DNA of 64,000 nucleotides from Eledone cirrhosa (Eukaryota). The stretch spans positions 97,340,001 to 97,404,000 of the forward strand of contig OZ024745.1 of NCBI GenBank assembly GCA_964016885.1. The letters run 5' to 3'. The notes under the pieces are model-generated. The model saw only the letters and a list, made by a program, of their open reading frames with translations. It was not told where the DNA came from and made no database searches. Position 1 is the stretch's first letter. Every line of letters starts with the position of its first letter. The position numbers and the translations under genes were made by a program. This document shows, piece after piece, positions 15,885 through 30,148 of the stretch.

Positions 15885-16595
15885 AGTCAGTAGGACGTCG
15901 AATATATTCCCTTGTATTATTCGTTACGGATCTTTGCGCTTTGAGTTCAAATCCCGTTGAGGTCAACTTTGTCTTTCACCTTTTTGACGTCGATAACGTA
16001 CGAGTTCAATACTGAAATTGATTTATCTCTCTCTCTCTCTTTCTCTCTCTCCCTGTATCTCTCTTTCTCTCTATCTACCTGTCTCTCTCTCAACTTTCTC
16101 CCTCTTTATCGTTTCTAAATACCACAAGGCATTTTGTCCGACGCTCTACCGATTCTGCCAGCCCAGTTTCTACAATAACAATTTCTAATTTATACACAAA
16201 GTCAGAAATTTAACACACGGTAACGTCTTTCAAATCGATACCATTACTTCACTGAACTTTATTTTATAGACCTCGGAAGGATGAAAGGTAAAGTTAACCT
16301 GGGCGGGATTTAAATTCAGAATGTAGGTCTTGACTAACTACCGCAAGGCATTTTGTCCGATGCTCTAGCGATACTGCCAATACACCACCTAGCTTATATT
16401 AATATTTGTTACTACATTTGGCTCAAGTCCAGCAATTTGAAAGGATCAGGGAAGTCGATTAAATCGACCCCAGTGTGTTACTGGTACTTTATTTTATAGA
16501 GCCCATAAGGATGAAAGGCAAAGCTAACCTCGGCGAGATTTGAATTCCGCAAAGCATGCCGGACGCTCCACCGTTACTGCCAATCCACAACCTTA
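15885..16595. mobile_element. Cluster of degenerate OK-like SINE copies
   Basis: Several ggatgaaaggcaaag/ggatttgaa motifs in both orientations. Confidence 0.65.
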
Positions 16596-17269
16596 GCTTT
16601 TATTTATAATGATAACAGTTTTTGCCACTGTTAAAAATCAATAGTCCCACTTGAACCACAATTAAAAATCAATATCAGTTGTGTGCCCCTGTTAAAAATC
16701 GATTATGAAAACTGAGACTTTAGGAAAGAAATGATTAACATCGTGGCTTCTCGGCGGGAATTTCTTCTTTTTTTTCTATTAATTAATTTATTTATTAATT
16801 AGTCAGTGGTGTGATGAGTAATTCCATGACCTTTACTTGACTTCATAACTTGAAATAATCTAGGTGGATAGTCGGGAAGAAAGAAATGTCCTGTGGGTTA
16901 CAGTCCTATGATGGACAGATTGGTCAAAGCCATCTTTGGGGAAATAAGAGACGAAGATGAAGCAGAAGAATAAATTAGACGAACTTGTAATAGTGATAGA
17001 ATAGACAAAGAGAAGACATATCAAACCTTTGACTTATTGGTTGAAGTGTTTTGATGAGTAACTTGTTGAGAATCAACTGAATGTCGGTTGTTGTTTTTTC
17101 CTTTTGTATTTGATCTGTGATGTTTATGTTTGCAATAGTAACATTGTTCGGGATATAAGCAAAGAATAGTTTTAAAAAGCAAGCTGTCGGTCGGTTGAGT
17201 CTACGATAAGCTGTGTGAGACGGAAAGATAGATACTTCAATGCATTTAATTCGGCATATTATTATTATC

Positions 17270-17665
17270 TAGATTGGCAGTATCAGTAGAGAACTTTGCA
17301 GCATAGAGTTACGGCCCACCGAGGTTTACTTTGCCTTTCGTCCTTAAGGGGTCGATAAAATAAAGAACCAGTAATTCTGGCCTTGTGCCAAAAGTAGAAA
17401 CAATTATTATTATCAAGAACCGCTGGAATAAGTGCTTGAGGACTCTGCCCCTACGACCCTCTCAGGAATAAATGGGGGAAGAAGACATTGTCAGTATCGG
17501 TAGAGCGTCAGACACCATGCTTTGCAGCATAGAGTTATGGCCCTTTATGTTCTGAGTTTAAATCCCGCCAAGGTTAACTTTGCCTTTCGGGGTCGATAAA
17601 ATAAAGTACCAGTAATGCACTGCGTAATTGCTGGCCTTGTGCCAAATGTAGAAATAATAATTATT
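17270..17665. mobile_element. Two OK-like SINE copies
   Basis: tttgcctttc...ggggtcgataaaataaag...ggccttgtgcc. Confidence 0.7.
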
Positions 17666-18139
17666 ATTTATATCAATCCCAGCAACTTTTTTGACAAAGA
17701 TAAGTTTTCAAGTAGGACAGTCAAACTGGCTTAGATATATTTTACAAAACAAATCCCGATATAATTTGAACACCAAAAACTGTATCAAAACGACAAGACT
17801 AATCTCGATAGGATTTGAACCCCAAACTATGTATCACTAATCTAATCTAATCTGGCCGAGTTTACACTCGCAAATAAGAAGAACCAGGACCGCCCCTAGG
17901 AGCATTGGATTTGGTGTACTTCATATTTGTTTCGGTTTCTGAAGACAATCAGGGGTCGCTGCTTCTCCTGGAGGTCAATAGTTCTCTTCTAACTCGAGCA
18001 GGAGCGCCTTTCCATTGTCAATTTGCATTGATCATCTGCAAAACCGCATCGTTCTCAGAACCACTACACCAGTATTTCGATGTGTGCAGCTGGAACTACT
18101 GCCACCCATTGATTTGGCAGGATCGTAACTCATTTCTAC

Positions 18140-18275
18140 AGCTGAGTAAACTGGAGCAACATGAAATAAAGTGTCTTGTTCAAGGACACAAAACATCTCC
18201 CGGTCTGAGAATGGAACTCACAACCTTTCGATTGCAATCCAATGCTCTAACCACTAAGCCATGCGCCTTCACCAA
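18140..18275 (-). mobile_element. tRNA-derived SINE (second family)
   Basis: Reverse complement of the 46926-47045 type (tggttagag...gagttc...tgtccttgaacaagacactttatttca). Confidence 0.65.
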
Positions 18276-20559
18276 TGTATTAGTCAGTATAAATCAATAC
18301 AAACGAGTGGTAAACGATATTTTTATATTTAGCGGAGACTGAAATGTTTCAGAAATAAATATCTTATTCCCAAATACAACGTAGTGTCGTTAAGAGGATA
18401 GGTACCACTAACCTTTCAGTTGGTTGTCTGCTTCCTCTATCGACTTGATCACTCACTCACACTCTCAGAAACTAAATACTTAAGATATTTAATCTGAAGC
18501 ACTAATCATCTGCCAACTCCATTGCACTTGTCTAAACAAATATTAAAAGCAAAATCAATATCCCTTGATGCCAGACACTGAGCTCAACTACTGCATTAAC
18601 GACTGATCTTTGTTTAAAGAAGAAAAAGTTTTAATTTGTCATGGCATTGAATATAACGATCAGTTTTTATCCTTTAATCCACACTGGGCAGTATACGGTC
18701 GAATCAATATAGTGAACAACTGCAAAGTTTAATGAAATTGCCAGAAAAGTCTGTCATATGCAATCGGATAATCTGTAATCTTTTCCGCCATAAGGTACAC
18801 ATCTCGTCCCTCGCGTGTCACACGTGTCTTAACAAAATAGAAATGGGATCTTCGTCATCCATCACCTTAGTAATATTAGATCTCCATTAACATTTTCTTT
18901 TTACTATTCTTAGCTAAAGACTCAAGAATGGTCGGAAATAGCCTAAACAGAGGAGAGATTGTTAAGAAATAAGTATATTTATTAATTCATTCGATCCATC
19001 AACACTGAATATATCATTGTCTTACTGATAGAATTGGTTAAACAAGTTCACATTTGGAGTGTTCTATCAAAGCTAAAATACACAGAACTTGAAGTGGGCA
19101 TTGCAAATCAAATATGGAGGCATTGATTATTTATTGTTAGAGTTGTTTGCAGTATTGAACTATAGCAGCTTACGGTGGGTATTTACAGTTAGTTGGGCTG
19201 AGCTGGGAGGAGGGGGGTTTACTTGATCATTGACAAATTGATTATTGAAGCTACGTTGATGAAATTCGAACCGTTGCCCACAGTTTGCCAGTTTCATCGT
19301 GTCAAATCCTACTTGACTTAATTTAGTCCCTTTAAATCCAACACAATCAATCAACTACACATTATAAAGAGAAGTCTTCAATATTTTCTATCAATGTGTG
19401 ATGATGTCCATAGAGTAAAAGGTTAATTTCCTGCTGAGTTGAATCCGTGACATATTTAAATGATCAGTTGAAAAATTCAGTTAACTTATAAACTAACACT
19501 CTTGAAAAAGTCATGAATGTCACGTAATTTCATTTCCCTCATAAATATGTCTTTTTTTTTTCATCTAAGGAAAAATATATTTAAATCGTAACAGATGTCC
19601 TTTATTTAGTCTCTTTAGTTTCTTGATGACACGTCAAAAACGATATTTATAATGTGATTTGCTTCTATACTAAATCTCTGTCTATGTTTGAGGCTCTATC
19701 ATATACATTAGTTTGCCTTATTTTATTTGCTGGAAGAAATGGCCTGTGTTTTTTACGAATCGTTACAACAGACTTCTCCAAAATTGGGTGAGGGGTCGTA
19801 TTTAAGAATATCCATCCAGTTCATTTTTAGACAGCGTCATATTGTTGTGTAACAACTGTTTACTTTCTACATTACATTATAGGCGGCGAATTGGCAGAGT
19901 CGTTAGAACGTCAGATAGAAAGCTTTATGGTATTCGTTCGGGCTCTCTGCTTTCTGAGTTCAAATCCCGCCGAGGTCAACTTTGCCTTTCATTCTTTCGA
20001 GGTCGATAAAAAAAATTCCAGTCTAGAAGTGGGTCTATTCTTCCTCTATATCTCTTTCTCATTTCCTCTCTCTCACTTTCTATCTTTCTCTAGAAGAAAT
20101 CTGCTGTACTCAAGCCTGGAGAGGAATTGGCTCCGCCAGGCTTAAAATTACCAAGAAACACCGTATGTCAATACGGCGCTCTTGCGACTCCATCAGGAGT
20201 TACGGGACCATACCATACACCTTATATTACATTTCAAATTATCTAAAAACAACTGCGTTGATTAATCAATTAACCACGTTGTCAGTGCATGTAATTTTAA
20301 GCGAATTAATTTAATCAGTTTTATTCTATCCGGATTTGTATAGACTATAAATAACTGTAAGCTACGAATCTCTCCGTAGAGATGGGTATTATTTTCCTAA
20401 GGAAATTCTAAGAAGTGTAGAAACTATTCAGACCGATCTACATTTTGTTCTGTCCACGGAGAGTTAATAATCTCTGTAAACCCACTTCGTTTCCTTCACA
20501 TGGTAAACCAAAATTTTATGTTTATCAAACAAAGATATAACATGCAGCCAAAATTGCAT

Positions 20560-21040
20560 GTTTGTCGAAAAAGAAAGATATACCATGTTTATCAAACAAA
20601 TATATACCATGTTTATCAAACAAAGATATACCATGTTTGTCAAACAAAGATATACCATGTTTGTCAAAGAATGATATACCGTGTTTGTCAAACAAAGATA
20701 TACCATGTTTATCAAACAAAGATATACCGTGTTTGTGAAACAAAGATATACCGTGTTTATCAAACAGAGGTATACCATGTCTGTTAAAAAAATATATACC
20801 ATGTTTATCAAACAATGATATACCATGTTTTTCAAACAGATATACCAAGTTTATCAAAGATATACCATGTTTATCAAACAAAGATACACCATGTTTGTCA
20901 AACAAAAATATATCTTGCGTGTCAAACAAAGATATACCCAAGTTTATCAAACAAAGATATACCATGTTTATCAAACAAAGATATACCATGTTTGACAAAC
21001 AAAAATATATCTTGTTTGTCAAACAAACATATACCAAGTA
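20560..21040. repeat. ~23-bp tandem minisatellite
   Basis: tataccatgtttatcaaacaaaga, about 20 copies. Confidence 0.92.
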
Positions 21041-21369
21041 ATACGTTGTGAATTCCCAGTCAATAATTTTCTCATTTTTCCTGTCTCTCTTTTATATGGC
21101 TGTTCACTGAGGGAGAGTTATGGCTGACCACTTTCATCTTAATCATGGTATACTACAATACATTGTATTTGCTTCATAAACCAATAAGTTTATTATTATA
21201 CACAACACTCCTTGTTGCAGTAGTCATGATAAATCTATGTGACTCACCATTGTAAAGCTTTTCACTGCTCCAAATTATGTTAACATCGTTAACTACCTGG
21301 ACACTGTAATAATGATTTCTTACATTCTTAATGAATACAATCAATACTAATGAATATTTAACAGAGATT

Positions 21370-21940
21370 GACAGGCGCTCACAGCCCTCGACCAGTCGGG
21401 CAATGTGATCGGTGGAAACTCCACCTTGACGTTCTATAGAGGATTAGTGGAGGGGAAGAGCGACGACGTACTTGGGGAAACTCTAGACGTCGACGAAAAT
21501 CAACTAGCCAATCTCTTCGGAAGAACTTTCGGGTCGGGGCCTATGGACAACTTGCAGAAATCCCTGGCCTGGCAGTGCTACCGAGGAGGTTTGCCAGTTC
21601 GAGATAAACTCTACAGGCATGAGGTGCCGTCAGCCGGGCATGTCCGAGATGCGCGCAGGGCGACGAAACCGTCCTGCACGCACTCGTCCAGTGTCCGAGC
21701 ATTGCTGACTTGTGGGTTTATGTCGAACACCTGCTGTCGTGTGTAGAACGGATCCGGCTATCAGCTGAGTCCATCGTGAGGATTGCCTCGCCCTCTTCCT
21801 TTAGCCGGGAAGGGCAGGCAGTTTTTATCTGTCTGGTGGCCATGGCGAAAGATATAGTATGGTGGACGCGTTTGAAAGGGCTGAAGACGAGCACTTTGTT
21901 GAAAGATGGGTGAGAGAAGCAAGAATGGCCCGTGTGAATG
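21370..21940 (+). mobile_element. L1/Tx1-clade LINE ORF2 C-terminal fragment (zf-RVT), frameshifted
   Basis: KSLAWQCYRGGLPVRDKLYRH, then a frameshift, then ACPRCAQGDETVLHALVQCPSIADLW...VWWTR. Confidence 0.8.
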
Positions 21941-21959
21941 GGCCTACTCTGAGTATGTG

Positions 21960-22835
21960 CCTGTAAATTGAAGGTGGAAAACTGGGAGAGGGCACTTGCC
22001 ATCAAGAAAAACATTACAGAAAAACATTACAGACGGCACAGGACGGTACAGGGCGGTACGATGTGGGTTTTGTTTGTGTAAATATTTGTTATTATTTATA
22101 TAAGAAAAGAAAAAAAAAGGGACAAAGAAACATATATATATATATAAACAATAAAAATGAAAATTGAAACAATGAAAATTTCCCAATAGGGGGGAAACCT
22201 CCGAGGTTTACTCGTGGCGAAAACCACACAAAAGACCACGGCCACCCTGACCACCAGGGCAAGCGCCCTCTCTCAATTTTTCCATCTCTCAAACTACGGA
22301 CCATTCTTGCTACATTCACCCACCTTTCAACAAACTTGCTAGAATGCAGCACTTGCCTCTCCACACTGATTTTCCTCTTCAAGTGAAACTTGAAAAAGTT
22401 AATTAGGGATTCGCCGAAGAGGAAAGTGTCTGTCTTTAACCCTTTTAACCTTGTCCACCACACAGGGTGGTTTTCTTATTCTCATTGTTGTTGTTGCTGT
22501 TGTTGTTATCGTTATTTTTGTTATTGTTAATTTTAGTTCCAGTTGTGGTGGTGATGGCGTCAGTGGTGTTCGGTGTGGAAGAGTTCATTGGTAATGGCGG
22601 GAAATGAATGTCTGCATGAGACAAATTTAAAATATTGCTACTGCTTATATTTTTAGTGTTGGCAAACGTAGTAATATTTACTCTGGTGGTGTCGGTGTGA
22701 GGTGTTAGTTTGTGAGGAAGGTGTGACTCTGAGTCGTCCATGATTTTTTTCAAAGAAAAATTTTTGTTTGGTAATTATAAAAGTTTAAATTTTGGGCTCA
22801 AGGCCCCAATCTTTTTGAGTGTCCTTTTCAGAAAA
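21960..22835 (-). mobile_element. Internally deleted L1/Tx1-related element (ORF2 end + 3' UTR joined to a putative 5' region)
   Basis: WWTRLKGLKTDTFL...KFVERW matches the peptide at 21860 but is diverged at DNA level; upstream low-complexity ORF 22445-22753. Confidence 0.55.
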
Positions 22836-22985
22836 CAATGTATGTGCACTTATATACAGTTAACAATAAAAATTTTCCATAAATGGCAATTTTAAACAAC
22901 TGAAAATAACAAACCTTTGCGGAGCTCACGATAATACGATTTACTACTACTACTACTACTAATAACAATAATAATAATAATGGTA

Positions 22986-23036
<51 letters not shown>

Positions 23037-23305
23037 TCTGTCATTTTTTATCGTATAACATTTGAAATAACACGAACGTTGTAATGTCTCTATTTTCTTT
23101 CTTGTAATTTCGAGGATCAATACAAATATAAGAAACACTATATTGAATAATTTATCGCATTAAATATTAATATCTTTCACATGTTATTTCTGTAAATCTT
23201 ATACACATTATCACGGTTAATCTATTATATATTTCTACATTTTTGTGAGATTGCGATGAAAATATATTAGAAATTATGAAGTTTACATAGCACTTATACT
23301 GAAAG

Positions 23306-23490
23306 TACCATATTTCCCGGTGCCGAAGACGCACTCTTGAGGACGCACCTTCGAGGACGCACCCTAATTTTGACAACCACCAATCTGAAAAAAAAAATAA
23401 TAAACAACCTTCGGCCTCCAGGACGCATGGTAGATTTTTGAGACTTATTTTAGGAAAAAAGTAGCGTCTTTGACGCCGGGAAATACGGTA
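23306..23490. mobile_element. pogo/Tc2-type MITE
   Basis: ta-ccatatttcccggtg ... cgccgggaaatacgg-ta terminal inverted repeats with TA duplication. Confidence 0.8.
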
Positions 23491-24033
23491 ATCATTTTTT
23501 GTGTGCATGGTTTATGTTTGATACTCAATTACAAACCTCGTGTCTAAAGAGGTCTAAAATGATCCTGAGTACTGCTCTTTCACTTCAACAGGCATAATCA
23601 TCTGCAGCCTCTGTTGAAATAGACTCAACGATAAATTTTCTCTTATGTCTATCACTCATTACATTGCCTAGATTCCGAATACCAATACCAGAGTCACTGG
23701 CTCTGACATCTAAATAAGAGAGCTTGAGGCTTCTTTGTCTTTTAACAAATGTTGGTTTCCAAAGCATTAAAGGAGACAGCTTCATTTGAGGCGCGAATGC
23801 AATGGACCGCAAACCTCACTCTTTTCTTTCATACATTAGCAGAAATACGTGATGTATCACGTTGAATTTCCTTGAGAATTACTTTAAATGTACACGCGTT
23901 TGTGGGATGCTCAGTCACTTGCACATTAATTTTATAAAAAAAGAAGTTGCGTTGATCGAACCACTGGTACACTTATTGTTGAAACCAAGAGAGATCCATT
24001 CCTGTGTAAGCATATATATATATATATATATAA

Positions 24034-24214
24034 GTTATTCCGGGTTCAATCGGGGTTAACCACAGTAAGTAAGGTACTCAATACATAACAGAGTATAAAT
24101 GTTTAATATAGAAAAGCTTCTACAGGACTAGAACTGTTTCATTCGTGAGAAATCATCAGGAAGCTTCCTGATGATTTTTCACGAATGAAACAGTTCTAGT
24201 CCTGTAGAAGTTTT

Positions 24215-24223
<9 letters not shown>
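24034..24223 (-). mobile_element. Family A HHR element with 60-bp-arm palindrome (24104-24223)
   Basis: Centre ggaagcttcc; complete type I HHR in both arms; TATTGAGTAC tail; TA-flanked. Confidence 0.8.
24114..24166 (-). ncRNA. Type I hammerhead ribozyme motif (family A); mirror copy on + at 24161-24211
   Basis: AAGCUUC-CUGAUGA-U-UUC-ucac-GAA-U-GAA-ACAG-uucuaguc-CUGU-A-GAAGCUU: 7-bp stem I, GUA triplet, U-U at the base of stem II. Confidence 0.7.
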
Positions 24224-25275
<1,052 letters not shown>

Positions 25276-25614
25276 CCACACAGTCTTGAGCTTAAGTTCT
25301 CTCATCGAGTGGTCTTGGATTTTTTTACCTTAAGTTGTTCGCACATTGCTCGGTTTGTGTTTTTTTTTTCACTGTTTTTTCACTGTTTTCTCTTTTCTTC
25401 CCTTTTTTTCCTTCCCGCCCTCCTCCGTTTTCCCAATAACTTATCCAGTTATTGACGCTCTGGGCGGTAGATATATTGTCTTTAAAGCGTAGAAATATCC
25501 GAGACCCCCAGTAGACTACTGATGAGGAACCCCCCCTGTTCTTCCTTTCTTCTTATCCCCACTCCTTTTTACTACCTTAAATAGCAACTACACAGCCATT
25601 TCTATTCTCCATAT

Positions 25615-25653
<39 letters not shown>

Positions 25654-25654
25654 C

Positions 25655-25845
25655 AGATTGGAGGCGGTGAAAACCAGTTAGCCCATTACTCAACAGAGTA
25701 CTTGATACTTGGAGTAGTAGAGTGGGGAATATGTAAAAATTCAGGACCCCGACGGCTGAGCTCCGGCCATTTCAAATGCTAGTTTGGATTTAGCTGTTGA
25801 AACGGCTGGAGCTCAGCCGTCGGGGTCCTGAAAGTTTTCATATAT
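25655..25845 (-). mobile_element. Diverged family B element with fold-back palindrome
   Basis: aggaccccgacggctgagctcc...gaaacggctggagctcagccgtcggggtcct; TA-flanked. Confidence 0.65.
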
Positions 25846-27093
25846 ATATACATTCTGCGTCTCATCATGCATCAAGTACAACCCAGATTTGTAGGATTCC
25901 CGGTCCTTGCACCGCAGACACTCTATGTGTGTGTATACCATATATTAATGAAATAAATAGAATTAATTGTTCGGTATTTAGTAATCAATATTTTTGACTT
26001 CAACGAAAATGATAGAGAATTGTGTGTGATGATGATTTTCAGAGTAGTTAATTTTCTTAAAGTGGATTTTTTTACATCGATTCGCTGTCTCAGATTTTCT
26101 GGCAAGTCATCTTTTAATGTATAACTTTCGCCATGATTTAACTTACAATAACAAGTCAGGATATGAGAGATATACCTGCTTTAGTTGATAGTCTGTCAGA
26201 TATACAGCAGAAATTTGGTGTTTCATATCCGAACATTAATGATACAATGTGTCCACGACCAAGAATGAACCATCCATGTAGCTTTACCTACTAACCACCA
26301 GAAAGTAGAGCGATAGTAAGAAATGGTGCATTTCTAGTAAATGTTTTTATAACTTTCGCTAATGATTTCGAATTATTTCATGGCCTGCATTTGTATAAGA
26401 CTGGAATTCCAATCCAGGGAAGCAATTATTTTCACACTATTCAATGCCATGGAAACTTGGACAAGCTGAAATAATACCTGCCTTACTAATAGATAAAACG
26501 TTTCCCCCACAAGCAGGCAAAATATGCAAGAGTATACGAGGAGAGAGATTGAATACTCAAATTGAATACAATCAACAATATCTTATATATATATATATAT
26601 ATATATATAAGATATATATATATATAAGATATATATTTTTTTTTTTCCTCTCTCTAGAATCCATATTATGAACTCGCTCCAAGACAGCTGTGACTCTCTT
26701 CTTGATTATAATTGTCTGCCAATCTTTAAACCTCATTTCTTCATACACAACCTCAACTTCGCTATATCTCCGCTAATCGCTAAACCACATCGATTCAGAC
26801 ACAATCTTAGCTTCCCTATATCTGCGCTGATCTTTGCATTACATCTTTTCAGACCCAACCTTAATTGCCTATATCTCTCCGTTAATCACTAAATCTCATT
26901 AACTTCGTTGTGTCTCTGTTAATCATTAAACCTCACCAACTTTCCTCACTCTCTGTAAATCATAAAACTCATTAACTTCTCTATATTTCCGCTAATCTCT
27001 ACATCCCATCTCTTCAGACCCAACCTTAACTTGCCTATACCTCCGCTAATCTCTACATCATATCTCTTTAGACCCAATCTTAACTTGCCTATA

Positions 27094-27413
27094 TCTATAT
27101 ATTTAAAACAGAGAATGTATGTCTGTCTGTCTGACTCCCTAAAACTCGAGAACCACCCAACCAATGTTTATCAAACTTTACACATGTAATACTTATGGTC
27201 GTGAGTGTTTTGAGCAAAAAATATTTCAAATTGTCAATGCCCTTGGGACCGCATTAGGCCATTTTGCGATCTCTCTCTCTCTTTTTCTTAGCCTGTCTTT
27301 TTATATAGATACATAGCTATGACGTCGCGCTCTTATAATATCTATATGTCTGGCTGTCTGCATTACGACATTATGACACTATCTGTGTGTGTGTATATAT
27401 ATGTATATATATA

Positions 27414-27451
<38 letters not shown>

Positions 27452-27567
27452 TGTGTAACGTTTTACGAAATATTTGCTTCTGCGTTCACAGATTGATATT
27501 TTTTTAGTTTCAGAAGATCCCGTTAAGGGTGAAAGCAGCGATTCTTTGTTTAAACTTTAATCTGTTA

Positions 27568-27654
<87 letters not shown>

Positions 27655-27668
27655 TTGTTCTGCTTATC

Positions 27669-27727
<59 letters not shown>

Positions 27728-28012
27728 TCGTGTACATATATTTTTGCATACAGCAATAACAAAATATAAACAAACGTATTTATTTCACGAGGCTCGACAG
27801 CAGCAAAAACAACAACAAAAAGAGGGAACGCAATTACATGCTTTTGAAAAATCTTAATGGAAAATTATTTGCCTATTCACCCCAAGCGACTTCACTTTTT
27901 ATTAGGACTTCTGCATCAATTGGTGAACATACGACGAAACTGTTTCAGAAAGGAGAGGTAAACATGCCAATCTATGTTTAGAATCCCGAGCAACGCCGGG
28001 CCATTCTGCTAG
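27094..28012 (+). mobile_element. Non-autonomous Helitron
   Basis: 5' TCTATATA; 3' hairpin cccgagcaacgccggg followed by CTAG; inserted at A|T of the satellite unit (cctata|tctcc) without a TSD. Confidence 0.85.
27506..27555 (+). ncRNA. Variant hammerhead-like motif (family I, CAGAAGA core)
   Basis: AGUUU-CAGAAGA-U-CCC-guuaa-GGG-U-GAA-AGCAG-cgauucu-UUGUU-U-AAACU; related copies at 60686-60737 and 62550-62611. Confidence 0.45.
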
Positions 28013-28610
28013 TCTCCACTAATCTCTACATCACATCTCTTTAAACCCAACCTTAACTTGCTTATATCTCCGCTAATCTCTACATTACATCTCTCCAGAC
28101 CCAATCTTAACTTGCCTATATCTCCGCTAATCTCTACATCATATCTCTTTAAACCCAACCTTAACTTCCTTATACCTCCGCTAATCTCTACATCATATCT
28201 CTTTAGACCCAACCTCTATACCTCTATACCTCACCTCGTGTTCGGATCTGGTGTATAAATCTTAAGTAAACTGTAAAGTCAACTTAATATAGGTTTATAA
28301 CAAGTAAGCAAGTACACCATTGGAGACTTAACAGAAATTATAATGGAAAGTTTTTAGACGACGATAACTAACCTATATATCGGCTAATTGCTAAACCACA
28401 TCGCTTCAGTCACAACTTTAACATCACCCATTGTCACAAGAATTAATAGACGGCATAGAATATGTCTTCCATCAACGGGGAGGAGAAAGAGAAAGCAACA
28501 AAATGAGACAACTTTGAAAATGAAAGAAACAAGTATTAGATATAAAGCAGATTGACTTTGAATGAATAACTATTATTTTTTTTATCTTTTTTTTTTCTTT
28601 TCAATTTTAG

Positions 28611-28754
28611 ATTGGAGACCGTTCAGCTTAATCTATATTCAAATGACAACCTTCACCCATTTTTAAATAAAAGGAAGAAAACCTCAGCAGGTCTCCAAGG
28701 AATTTTAATGACTGGTGCGAGAGACGGTTTTGTGAAATATTGCAATCTTGTAGA
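28611..28754 (+). CDS. Next exon of the WD40-repeat protein gene
   Basis: Long polypyrimidine tract + ttttag acceptor, gtaagt donor; phase-2 join gives ...EHKDR-LETVQLNLYSNDNLHPFLNKRKKTSAGLQGILMTGARDGFVKYCNLV, completing a WD40 repeat (LMTGARDGFVK). Confidence 0.85.
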
Positions 28755-28894
28755 GTAAGTTAATTTATAGCAACATTAATCTATGGTTATTTAGCCAATG
28801 TTTATTTCAATAGAAATCTATAATTTCTCCCCTAAGCTCACAATTTTGAGATATACATAAAAACCCTTTCACCTTACATGAATCTGATGAGCAG

Positions 28895-29212
28895 AGACTC
28901 CATGTAAGTGTGTAAGTGTGTGTGTACATGTATATGTGTGTATACATATATTTGACTCTATGTGTGTAAGTGTATGTGTGTACATGTATATGTGTGTATA
29001 CATATATTTGACTCTATGTAAGTGTGTAATTGTGTGTGTGTACATGTATATGTGTGTATACATATATTTGACTCCATGTAAGTGTGTAAGTGTGTGTGTG
29101 TACATGTATATGTTTGTATACATATATTTGACTCTATGTAAGTGTGTGTGTGTGTACATGTATATGCGTGTATACATATATTTGACTCTATGTAAGTGTG
29201 TAAGTGTATGTG
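28895..29212. repeat. ~60-bp TG-rich minisatellite, continuing at 33255-33535
   Basis: tttgactctatgtaagtgtgtaagtgtatgtgtgtacatgtatatgtgtgtatacatata units on both sides of the LTR element. Confidence 0.85.
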
Positions 29213-29598
29213 TGTGTGGTGTGCGGTGGCCGGAAGCTGGGGAGTGCTCGACCGGAAGAGTGCTTGACCGGAAGGGTACTTGGCCGGAAGGGTGCTCGAC
29301 CGGAAGGGCCAGCAGATCGGTCTCTCTCTAGTGGTGACCAGGAACGGTGTGGACGCTAGTTTTGGCAGCTCCCGGGTGTTAACGAGTTGGACGCACGTGG
29401 AAGAGGAGAAACCAGCCATGGGATTTAGCGGCGCCTATGAAAAGCGGTAAGTGAGATAGCTTTTTCTAACCACAAGCTATTTCGGTACTGGAAACTGAGA
29501 TCTGATTGAAAAAAAAAACTGTCTCGAAAACAAAGCTATTGGAAAAACAGAGAGGAGTCTGTTGTTTTTTTATTACGTACCGCAAGACAAATTAGGAT

Positions 29599-30148
29599 AT
29601 GGCGACGGGACTACGAACGAGCGAAGCGATTAGGGCATTTACCGGTGAAGGCGTTGTTGTCGCTTGGCTGCGAAAAGTGCGGCTGGTCGCAAGCTTACAG
29701 AAGATAGAAGATGTGGCTGGCCTCATGGCACTGTACCTCGAGGGGGACGCGTTGGTACTCTTCCTTGAGTTGGATGAACACAGCCAAAGGGATGCGCAAA
29801 AGATTGAGAGACGCATGATGGAAGCGTCCGCAGAGGGACCGTTAGCCGCTTTTGCTAAGCTGGCAAGAATTAGATGGAACGGTGAACGCGTTGACATTTT
29901 CGCAGCGGAAATACGGCGATTGGCCATGTTGGCTGGATAACAGGTGGAATGCGAACGCCCAGTGCGGTTGGCGTTCATAAATAGCGGTGAAACTGCAGCA
30001 AGTCCCGGGTTACAAAGAAGTGCCAGGGTCCGCACATGGAGAGAGACTGTAGAGAGTCAAGGCCGGAAATAATATGCTACCGGTGTAAGCGACCAGGCTA
30101 CTAACTGCGACCAGGGAAACGATCCAAGGGGAACTACTGCGCCGGTAG
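29599..30148 (+). pseudogene. gag: gag (stop at 29938)
   Basis: AFTGEGVVVAWLRK...LYLEGDAL..., directly after the 5' LTR. Confidence 0.7.

Larger units (their letters stand above)
26740..28220. repeat. ~50-bp minisatellite split by a Helitron insertion
   Basis: ctccgctaatctctacatcatatctctttagacccaaccttaacttgcctata units at 26740-27093 and 28013-28220. Confidence 0.85.

Noticed and set aside
18400-19100. Possible very old PLE relics (also 25900-26580 and 55330-56230)
   Set aside because: Only scattered Cys-containing fragments; cannot be supported without a profile search.
23585-23812. Possible pogo/Tigger transposase relic
   Set aside because: Similarity is limited to a few residues.
25500-25545. 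CTGATGA at ~25519
   Set aside because: No downstream stem II and GAAA; not a complete hammerhead.
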